Below are positions 53,451-64,000 of a stretch of 64,000 nt of DNA, in pieces. The notes below the pieces were generated by a model, which saw only the letters and a list, made by a program, of their open reading frames with translations, was not told the origin of the DNA and searched no databases. The stretch's first letter is position 1; each line of letters begins with the position of its first letter. Made by a program: the position numbers and the translations under genes. The DNA is from Eledone cirrhosa (taxonomy: Eukaryota): positions 49,910,001 through 49,974,000 of the forward strand of contig OZ024742.1 of the NCBI GenBank assembly GCA_964016885.1. Reading direction: 5' to 3'.

Positions 53451-55465
53451 GGTACTAGTTAGCTGGCAATCGAGACATATTCCAGTGATTGTTATCTCTG
53501 TGTATCATCGTAAAAATGCATGATAAAGTCCAAGATTCAATATATATCTCCAAAATGATTTATACCGATTGCTTCAACAGCCATGAAATATGAATCCAAT
53601 AGAGGCGTTTGAAATAAAAACACCAATAAAATATCTTATTTTTCTAATGCTAAAATATTTCCCAGTCTTATTTTATTTAGGATATTTATAATCAGAATTT
53701 AAGGCTACACTATAACTAGAATTACAATTTAGTTACTTCATATTTTGTTTTAATATTAATATTTCAATGTATAAAATGTTTTTATCTAAAACTCTATACA
53801 CATGTTTTATTTGTTTAGGATAGATAAACACGTAAGAGGAAATACAAGTTCTAGCCAGCTTTTGTTTACGTTAGAAAAGAGGGAGAAAGGGAGAGATGAT
53901 GATGGCGATGTCGCTGTTCTTTTTCTGAAAAATATATTTCAGTTATTATCATCTTCTCTCCAGTACTTCACACACACACACACACATATATAAATACGCC
54001 CCCACACACGCATTCTGGTTTCTGCTGTCTTATAGGATTTTGGTTGCAAAAATATATCAAACACGACGTATATACGTCCCATTACTGTTATATCAGTAGT
54101 TGACTCCAGTAAATATATCTTCACCCAATTAAACAAACCTTTGTTTCGCTGTCTCATGTTTTAGTTTGGAAAATGACAATGTGGGGTTAGATTCATAAAG
54201 AAATGTAGTCTCGTGGAATATTATCTTTACTAAAAATTGGAGAAATATATTTATTTAAGCATCTGGATAATATTTCAATTTTGTCTAGATCCTGTGGCAG
54301 TAAATATTCCATACTGCATGAATGATTCCGAGATATTTCAACTGATTTCCTAAGATAGCAGTCTCCACATATTGTTTATGTGTCCTACTCATATTTAAAC
54401 GTTTGCTTGTATAATATTACTGCTGTCTGTAAAATCACGAATATCTTCGCTCATTTCACTCATGAAATATTTGGTATTTAGAGATATGTTTACCATGAAT
54501 ATGATTAGCAACAGAAAATGTGTATTTATGAGGATATTAGACAGACTTTTGTTTTACTGGTTCCAACCAATTGATTGTGACCACCCATGTGAAATCAACG
54601 TTTTAAAGAACATATTTAATGTATAATCTAATAATATAAGGTCACAAATTATACGATTAAATCATTCGTCTTAAGTACTTGAAGGATACTTTGTTATTGT
54701 GCTCCCTCAAAGAACAGAATACAAATTTCACTTCAGCTGGATATGAACTCAAACGAACAAAAAAAAAAAACGTTAATCAACGAATTATTTCTTCTGAAAA
54801 TCGATATAGTATTTTTTGGTTAGCTATACTCAACTACTATAGAAAAAAGAAATCAGGAAAAAATCCCCCGGAAAACCTAATTTTTAGTGAAATCAGTCAA
54901 TCATATGATTTAGTAGTTGAATGAATACTGTCAATCTTCGACATTTAAGAGTAGAAGAATCAATTATTGATTGGCACAGTATATTTCTTAAGACCATCAT
55001 ATTAATATCGTTGTTACTGCAATGGTAATCTATGATAAGAAAAACAAATTGAAATACATGTGAGAAAAATCTAGATAACCACTACCGGAAGTTTAGCAGA
55101 AAGAACGCCTGCAAATTATTTTTTTCTGATGGCATGACAGATACTATCACATATAATGGAACTTGATGTGTATGGTAAAAGAGCCAGCAGCTCTTTTTGA
55201 ACTCTACACATAATCTATATCACATACATGAAAATGTACTAACATATATTAGCGCAGAAATGCATGCAAACAACTAGTATGTATACACACACGCACACAC
55301 ACACACACACGCACACGCACACGCACACACACACACACGCACATATATATATATATAAACATATGTCGACGGTTTGGCAGAATCTTTCGATCGTCGTAAA
55401 GAGAGCCTTCCTCTGACTCCCTTGCATAAATCAGATGTGTTTCTACCTGAATTGGGAAGGTGGGA

Positions 55466-55533
<68 letters not shown>

Positions 55534-55620
55534 GTTTAACAAGGTTCAATGAATTGATCAATGAATAAAGTTTCACAATAGATTAGAAGCACTCTACAAG
55601 GAGGTTTTCTGGAGTTATTA

Positions 55621-58600
55621 ATATTACTTCAAAATATTAATAAATATAGACATTCATGTGATAAAATATATTTTATTATACATATTTCAGAGGTCTGAAG
55701 GAAAAAATCTTAGATATAAAAAAAGCAAATAAAATATTGGTGAAGTCAGACAAAACCAACAACTTATATGGGATAGATAAAACAGAATATAAAGATTTAA
55801 TTTTAAAAGAACTGCGAAAGAATTATAGAAAGGTCCCGTCTAATGATCTAATAGACATTAATAATGACGCGTTTAAAATAATAGCCAAACTTGGAATTGA
55901 AAGAAAGACCGAACCTTTTATACCTAGGCAGCCAAGGATAAATTTTAAGGATCACAAGAGATATTTTGAAGAAGACTTGCCGGTTAGACTGATAGCTCCT
56001 TCTAAGTCGGACATTGGAGTAATCAGTAAAAATATTATTGATAGAATTTTAACAACATTGAAATTGAAGTCAAAGATGAGCTTATGGTAGGACACTAGTG
56101 AAGTAATAGACTGGTTTAAAAATATAGAAAATAAGAAAAATCACAAATTTATTCAAATGAACATAGCAAGTTACTACTCATCTATTACACCTAACCTCTT
56201 GAATAAAGCTTTGTCTTATGCTTATAAACATAGAGATATAACTAGATTAGTATCATATTAACGGCTAGAAGAACCCTAATTAATTTTAATAATGAGTTTG
56301 GGACCCGCTCGGATAGGAATAGAAATGTCGATGGGATTATCTGACTGCACAAATTACTGATCTTCTGGGAATTTTTATCCTCAATATGGTAAATAGAAAA
56401 TTGCCGGAGATTACCGGTGGTTTATATAGGGATGATATTTTATTTACTGTAGTTAAGCATAGCAATACAGAACTAAATAGGGTTAAGAAAACAATAATAG
56501 AATTCTTTAAAAATTATGACCTCAAATTAGAAGTTGAAAGTAGCACTAAAGTAGTTAACTTCCTTGATGTCACCCTTAATTTAAATTCAGGAATATGTAA
56601 CCCCTTCTATAAGCCCAATGAAAACCTAAATTATGTTAACTATTACTCAAATCACCCTAAATCCGTGAAAAATGCAATAGTCAATAGTGTTCAAAAACGC
56701 TTAACTAGATTATCCGCTATCAAATCCATTTTTGATTAAAAAGCTGGATATTATAATGAGGCATTACATAAGGCAGGATATAAAAATAATATTGAATATC
56801 TAGATATTACTAATTCGAATTATAAATTAGGTAAAAATACGAATAACATAAATAAAGCGGACTCTAAATATTATTTAAATATAAATAAAAATACTAATGT
56901 CGTGAATAAATCTCGGAAAAAAATCAGAACCAAAGCTGTTATTTGGTATGCACCTCCTGCGTCTTTAGCTATCAAAACACCCCTGGCAAATTTATTCTTT
57001 AAGGCTTTAGATAAATGCTTTCCCAGTACACATATATACCATTCTATATTCAATAGACACACAATTAAGCTATCTTATTCTACAACTATGAATATGGCTC
57101 AGAACATTGCAAAAATAAATAGTAGAATCCTTCATCATAACCAACAAACAATTAGGGATAATGGCAATATTAACATTAGCAATAATATTGATACTGTGAA
57201 TAACAATAACATTAATTTACGCACTCACAATAGAACACCTCCAAGTATTAGCAATGTTTAAATTATAGTAATAACAGTAAATCGAAATGTAACTGTAGAA
57301 ATAGATCGAATTGCCCCCTGCAAAATAATTGACTTGATAAGAACCTAGTTTATAAATGTACCGTTAAAGCAAATAACATCACCTACAACTATATAGGTGC
57401 AACTTCATCGAGCTTTAAATTAAGATATTCTAATCACAAACACTCTTTTTCGAATCCGGATAAGACATTCTCTACCTATTTATCACAACTTATATGGTCC
57501 TTAAAAGACAAAAATTCAGAGTACTCAATATTTTGCTCAAAACTTTGTAATAGCCAAGTCTACGTCAATTCCTCAGTATCACCTAACTGCAATCTTTGCG
57601 ATATGGAGACCCTATTAATAATTACTAATTATGATAACTTAATTAACAAAAAAAGTAATTATTCTCAAATTGCTTGCACAAAGCTACATTTCAAGCTTCA
57701 CAAAAAATCAGGAAAAAACATTGAATAAATGTGAAATGATTTAGACGTTTATTAATAACTCTGAGCGTGAAACAATATTGTCTCAGATTAAAAATTCTTG
57801 TAATGCTTTTATTATTTATATTATAATTAATATTAGATTAAGTGTTTCTACCTTAACATTGAAATTGTTAACCTGATCTCTTGTTGAGTACGTATGAACT
57901 TTAGATTGTTTAATTACATTTAATTTTGGTTTTTGTAATTTCTAAATCTTATATCTTATATATTTGATACCTCTAAAGTATTCAGACTTGTAAACCGTTT
58001 AATTACTTTGAATGTTTGTTTACGAGAGGATATGATTGTACATTTATAGTATAACAGTCTCCAAGTTGATAAATTCTTTTTGTACTTAACTTGATGTAAA
58101 ATTTTGAATACAGTAAAATCTAGTTGAATCAAATTTATAACACTCTTAACAGTAATTATATTATATATAAGTGACTAATATCGTCTGAAACCTTAAACTT
58201 TATAGTCTATATATAAATTATACAAATGTGTATATCTAGATAAATCTGGTTTAATAATATCTTATTAAATACATTTATAATGCTTCATGGCTTATTAATA
58301 ACATCTTAATTTTAATGTTTTTTTTACTAATATATTGATTATATTCTTAATTTTAATATACTTTAAAATATACTTGTGATTACCTTTGGAGTTATGATAA
58401 ACATACAGTTATCTCTTTCACGTTACATTTGCTTGAACTCTGATATAATACAATAATATAAATCCTTTAAAATGTTATATTCTAAAATCTCATGTCATTT
58501 GATTAATTGACTATTTCTAATTAACTTAAGATTTGAAAAAAAACGGTCACGCATCATGTGCCTAAATATTCTTTCCCCTATCTAATTACACGCTATTTAT

Positions 58601-59122
58601 ACGTTACAATGCATATCCTCCTCCCTTTGTTTATACGATTAAACTTATTTTCCTCTCTCTATCATTTGATCATTTCTCCATTCTCTTGTTCCTACAATCA
58701 AATCTCCTTCTTTTTCTCTCTTCCCTCATGATTTGCTATCTCGATCTCTCACTTCCACTACCAGCAATAATGAGGTATGCATATATTATTATTATTTAAA
58801 TTTTTAACAGTTATATAAGTTTATCTATTATATATTATTAGTTATTTATATATCTTTATACACATTCTCATACGCACCCTCTGTATTATATGTAATTTTT
58901 CATGTTTTAATTTAATGTATATAAATATTGAGTTTTGTCATAACTAATCGCTGTCATGACTAAATTATAACCATCAACCTAGTCAAGGTATGTCAGGCAT
59001 CAACTTATTTTATCTGATGAGGACGTACTGTTGAAATAGCTCAGTACCTCTGAAATATGTATAATAAAATATATTTGATCACATGAATGTCTTATTTATT
59101 AATATTTATTAATATTTTGAAG

Positions 59123-59128
<6 letters not shown>
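55621..59128 (+). mobile_element. 5'-truncated Naiad-like Penelope element with inverted 3'-end copy at its 5' junction, pseudogenised
   Basis: KSDKTNNLY, KDHK, RLIAPSKSDIG, GGLYRDDIL, VNFLDVTLNL, KPNE..YV...SNHP, IWYAPP, CNCR..CPL, YIGATS, CNLC; 55621-55694 is the reverse complement of ~59046-59128; (TA)n downstream. Confidence 0.92.
59006..59071 (+). ncRNA. minimal type I hammerhead ribozyme
   Basis: tattttat-CTGATGA-ggacgtactg..cagtacctct-GAAA-tatgta-TA-ataaaata; predicted AUA cleavage after 59063. Confidence 0.87.
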
Positions 59129-59168
<40 letters not shown>

Positions 59169-59190
59169 AGGAACTTGTTCTTTGTTTTTA

Positions 59191-59246
<56 letters not shown>

Positions 59247-59745
59247 TAAAAAGGAAAAGAAAATGCTGACAAATTTGTCCCAGTGAAAAATAGGTTAATT
59301 AGAAATAAGTATAAATTAGTAATAAGTATTAGTTAGTATTCAGTTTTAGTAGTTTTACTTTTTTACCAGTTGCGCATTTCTTATGGTTTTCAAAAATAAT
59401 TTTCAGATAGAGTGTTCGTGATTTTTGCTCTAATCTGATCAGTTCTGGAAATTCTTCCCATTTTATGTGAAAAAAGTGGCTTGGGAGGTATTAAGATTTG
59501 GTTGGTTGTTGAATGTCACGTGAATAAGCACTATACATTTCGTACCAATTCGTGTTGCAAAAATTCTTGTAGTGAAAACAATTTTGATTGGTCGGTAGAA
59601 GTCACGTGAATGTTTAAATTGATTTTAGCGCGAGCTGGTTTCGCGCCAAATGTAGGTTTGTCGAAGTGTGTCCTTTTCCGCTTGATTGAGTTGCAGTCAT
59701 GCTGAGAGGTCAACAGTTCAGGTGTCTATTAAGACAAATATGTGT

Positions 59746-59905
59746 GTAGCAAAGTGGTTCACTGTTGTGATAATGGAAATGAATCGGTCAGTAGGAATGT
59801 GTGTGTACGTGTGTGTGTCTGTGGGTAGGTGGGTAGCAAAGTGGTTCATTGTTGTGATAATGGCAATGAATCGGTCAGTAGGAATGTGTGTGTACGTGTG
59901 TGTGG
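59746..59905. repeat. ~87-bp tandem duplication
   Basis: gtagcaaagtggttca...gaatcggtcagtaggaatgtgtgtgtacgtgtg occurs twice. Confidence 0.85.
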
Positions 59906-60040
59906 GTGTGTGTGTGTGGGTGGGTGGGAGGGGGGGGGGTGTATTTTAACATGTTGAAACATATTTTTCAGCTCTTGTCTTATACGGAGAAGTGTGTGTG
60001 TGTGTGTATGTCTGTCTTTATGCTAGTGTTCGCGTGTGCA

Positions 60041-60094
<54 letters not shown>

Positions 60095-60095
<1 letters not shown>

Positions 60096-60300
60096 ATAGA
60101 CCAGTAATTTTGTGGTACTGGTAAAAATAGCGCACATTATTTGATATCATGCTTTCCAGCATAGTTATGTCCCTTTATGATCTGAGTTCAAATCCCGCCG
60201 AGGTTGACTTTGCCTTTCATCCTTACGGGGTCGATAAAATAAAGTACCAGTAATGCACTGGGTAATTGCTGGCCTTGTGCCTAAAGTAGAAACAATTATT
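60095..60300 (+). mobile_element. Deu/Nin-type SINE, young subfamily
   Basis: ctgagttcaaatcccgccgagg...gcctttcatccttacggggtcgataaaataaagtaccag nearly identical to 63320-63440 and the reverse complement of 45930-46040. Confidence 0.88.
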
Positions 60301-60603
60301 TGATATTTTCAGTCATTTGCAAAAACGATTCCCTCAAAAGAATATCAATAACATCAATAACATCAATAATAAAAGAGGTGAAATGATATATATATATATA
60401 TATATGTATATGTATGTATGTATACATATATATATACAGACACACACATATATATATATACTGTATATATATATATATATATATTTATTAATAAGAGGAA
60501 TTCCAACTTTGTCTGATTTACTCGTTTTATTTACAATCCTTTAAAATTTATAATGGTATTATAATGAAATAGTATGATAGAATATTAAATTCTAATTGTT
60601 AAT

Positions 60604-60642
60604 TGAACAAGTACTTTCATGCTTTCGCAATCTTCAGGTTCA
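60604..60642 (-). ncRNA. minimal type I hammerhead ribozyme (sense to the PLE)
   Basis: reverse complement: tgaac-CTGAAGA-ttgc-gaaa-gcat-GAAA-gtac-TT-gttca. Confidence 0.8.
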
Positions 60643-60949
60643 TAATATGTGGTGACAGTCAAGTTTGCAATTTTCAACTGTAATAAGATGGGTAAATTTC
60701 CTACCTTTTATACATTTTATACAGGGAAAAGTGGATCCAGAATGCTAAGCCCTGCAAACTGTATTTCGACCAATCAGTGTGTAGTTTAACTGAATTACTA
60801 AAGCTGATTGGTTTAAGCGTCACGGCTGGCTGAGCATGTCTAACGACCAATAATTAATCATATCCAAAGCATCAATTGTTTTGCTATTTTTTTAGAAATG
60901 ATGAAAATAGCATTTTCTATTAATCATCACCATCAACATCACTTTAATT

Positions 60950-60985
<36 letters not shown>

Positions 60986-61881
60986 GGTGGTCGTCGTAGT
61001 CATAGTGGTAGTAGAAGTAATACCCCTAAGCGTTATTATTGTTCATTTAGCTTGGGTTTGAATTTATCAATAACATTCTTTTCTTTGATTTTTCTCTTGA
61101 TTTCACTTGGGCTGTGTAATTTGTAGAATGGGAATATTATAAATATTCCCTGACCACATGTTGCTAGATGGTTACTTAGGGGTATCTGACGGCCATTTGG
61201 GTCTCTGATTTGTTGACGGTTTACCCGTGCCCGTTCCGGTAGTGCATTTCCCGTTTGACCGACATATAGTTCTTCACAATTCGGGCATTTAATGCAGTAA
61301 ATTAGATTTCTGCTTTTGCAGTTCATATTTGCATTTGGGAATATTTTTCCAGTTTTTGTTTTCATATATTGACCGGCGTGTATGGATTGACATGTGCCGC
61401 ATCGACTATCATTGCATTTAGATACAGTGAATGATTGGTCTTTGTTGTTAAGGTCAAACTTTGCTTTTGTTAGTAATTGCTTCAAATTTTTTGGCTGTCT
61501 TTTACTAAGAGTCAAAGATCGATCAGTGATTAAGCCTTTTAATTCATTACTTTGAGCAATGATCCGTAGGTTTGCTTTGGCAGTGTTGAAGATATTCTGG
61601 TGACATGGGTTGTGTGTCATTATAAATGGTATGACCAGTTCTTGGTTTCTTCTTCCTTGGGTTGTCCTAAGTTGTTGTATAGGTATTTTTTATAGCCCGC
61701 TGTATGCCATTTTCTATAAGTAGAGATGGGTATTTTTGTTTGAGCAAAAATTCTCTTAGTTCTGTTAGGCGTTTGTACCTGGTATTCGTATCTTCTACAA
61801 TGTATAAAATGTATAAAAGGTAGGAAATTTACCCATCTTATTACAGTTGAAAATTGCAAACTTGACTGTCATCACATATTA

Positions 61882-61920
61882 TGAACCTGAAGATTGCGAA
61901 AGCATGAAAGTACTTGTTCA
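61882..61920 (+). ncRNA. minimal type I hammerhead ribozyme (inverted copy)
   Basis: tgaac-CTGAAGA-ttgc-gaaa-gcat-GAAA-gtac-TT-gttca; identical to the other arm. Confidence 0.8.
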
Positions 61921-62480
61921 ATTAACACTTAGAATTTAATATTCTATCATACTATTTCATTATAATACCATTATAAATTTTAAAGGATTGTAAATAAAAC
62001 GAGTAAATCAGACAAAGTTGGAATTCCTCTTATTAATATAATCTTCTATACACAATCATACACACCCGTGTATATTTACCTATCTATCTATCTATATATA
62101 TATATACATACATATATTTGTGTTTGTGATAGCGAGACAATAGTAAGATTGATAGATATATAGAAAGAGCATCCTATATTTTGTAATACCGTCCCTATGT
62201 ATTAAACGCTGTCATTGGAACCAGATGTGCTTGAAATGTTTTGTTATGTAACTTTACTAACACTTCCTGACCGAGGAAATATTTGAATGGAAGACGCATT
62301 GGCAATAGTCGGTTAAGCCTGAATAGCACAAATACGCATGCAACATATCGTTCATATAAACAGTTACACACAAACACACATACACACACACACACACAGA
62401 TACACGTATATAAAAGCCATGTATTTACTCAGAGGAAGAGAATAACAGTTGGTGGTGGGGTAGAGAATGCTGGATTGTGG

Positions 62481-62549
<69 letters not shown>

Positions 62550-63044
62550 CTAGTTAAGCTATGTGGCGAAAGTCGAGCAGTGTGTAGGAGTGTAGTGTTA
62601 TGTCATTAATTGAATCACTAAGCAATTTACTGTTTCTCCTAATTTTTTAATCACTTGTATTAAATAGTTCATTTCACGTCAACTGTAATATTCATTAAGC
62701 CAAAACAAACATTGTCTCGTTTCCTGACATTTCTCACACTTCGCTCTTTTCCTAATCGTTATTGCTGCTACTGTTCTCGTTGTTGTTGTTTTGCTTCAAC
62801 TACAGTCTTTTAAGTTTTTGTGAAACTTTACTAAGAAAATGTATGTATGGAACCGCAAGTCCTGTTGGAGAAGTAATGAGGGAGATAGCGATAGAAAAAG
62901 GGAGTGAGAGACAGGAAAGATTGACCCCAGCACTGGATCGGGCATTCTTTTATTGACTAAAATGATAAACGGTAAATGCCCACCTACAGATTTCACTTCC
63001 ACCAACATTTCTGGCCTTGTGCCTAAATTAGTAATAATTATATG

Positions 63045-63440
63045 TTGGTGGATTGGCAGTATCGGTGGAGCGTCGGACAACATGTTTCTCTGCATAGAAT
63101 TACGTCCCTTTACGTTCTAAGTTCAAATCCCGCCGAGGTTAGCTTTGCCTTTTATTCTTACGGGGTCGATAAATTAAAGTACAAGTCACACACTGGGGTC
63201 GACTTTTCCCTCCCCAAAACTGCTGACCTTGTGCCTAAATTAGAAACCATTCTGGATTAGCAGCATCGGTAGAGGGTCGGACGCCATGCTTTGACGCATA
63301 GAGTTACGGCCCTTGCCATTCTGAGTTCAAATCCCGCCGAGGTTAACTTTGCCTTTCATCCTTATGGGGTCAATAAAATAAAGTCCCAGTAATGTACTGG
63401 GTAATTGCTGGCCTTGTGCCAAAAAGTAGAAACAATTATT
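63045..63440 (+). mobile_element. head-to-tail Deu/Nin-type SINE dimer, preceded by a further SINE tail at ~62990-63035
   Basis: two A-box/B-box/core/ccttgtgcc units in tandem. Confidence 0.88.
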
Positions 63441-64000
63441 TAGTAAACGAAAAATGATATTAAATATAAACTCTCTAGTGCTTTTAACACCGGGGAAATA
63501 GATTTAGTTGAGATAAAACGTACAGTCTCCTTAGTCTACTATGTAATGTGTCAAGAAACACAGCCTCAGTCAAGGATCATCTAAATGGTCATTCGATTTG
63601 GTCACGCTAGGACAACTATTTACATATCGATTGAATCATAGGCCACATTAAGATAGAAGTATTCAACATATGGGGCTCGGATACTTTTAGATTTTTACGT
63701 ACGGTGTGATATTCTATACATAATTTCTATGGGCAAAACTAATAGTGTGCCATAATAATAAGACGTCGCTGACCTCTACATTAGATAATACAGCTAATGA
63801 GACCTCTAAATTTATGATAATCACATATGGAACTCGTTTAAAATTACTTGATCAGGATTGACCTAAAGAGTAAAAAGAAAGAAAACAAAAAAGAGAAATG
63901 CAAATAATAATTAGGTACAGCTGAAACATGTACGGATATGATTGGGACCTGTCTAATAATTTAGTGAAGAAAATCTTGATAATAATTTATGCGAAGGCGC

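Larger units (their letters stand above)
60486..62038 (-). mobile_element. 5'-truncated Penelope-like element (thumb plus intact GIY-YIG ORF end) bounded by 238-bp inverted pLTR copies
   Basis: ORF 61620-61036: KRQPKNLK.LL, KCNDSRCGTC, CKSRNLIYCIKCPNC..LYVGQT, KPKLN; arms 60486-60723 / 61801-62038 nearly identical. Confidence 0.93.

Noticed and set aside
58950-59000. atgac...gtca hairpin as a SECIS candidate in the Naiad 3' UTR
   Set aside because: Watson-Crick closure instead of the GA/GA quartet
63045-63440. tRNA genes suggested by A/B boxes here and in similar repeats
   Set aside because: No cloverleaf; boxes lead into a shared SINE core, so these are SINE heads

Overview
AT-rich, gene-poor eukaryotic DNA dense in (TA)n/(CA)n/(GA)n microsatellites. 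The repeat content resembles a cephalopod (Octopus-like) genome; this is inference. Almost all short ORFs in the track are microsatellite artefacts. Host-gene signal is limited to a probable terminal exon encoding a GPI-signal-like C-terminus (1804-1946) and a possible two-exon small ORF (28269-29327). The rest is mobile DNA: RTE, CR1-like and Gypsy remnants, a non-autonomous Helitron, MITE-like foldbacks and many tRNA-headed Deu/Nin-type SINEs. The main structure the ORF track does not show is a recurring architecture across several distinct Penelope-like element (PLE) families: two Naiad-like copies, two other GIY-YIG copies and two non-coding derivatives. Each carries a minimal type I hammerhead ribozyme with a very short, mostly palindromic stem III and ends at a (TA)n tract. 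All but one are capped by an inverted copy of their own 3' end. One derivative is a protein-free 658-bp tandem hammerhead unit resembling a retrozyme.
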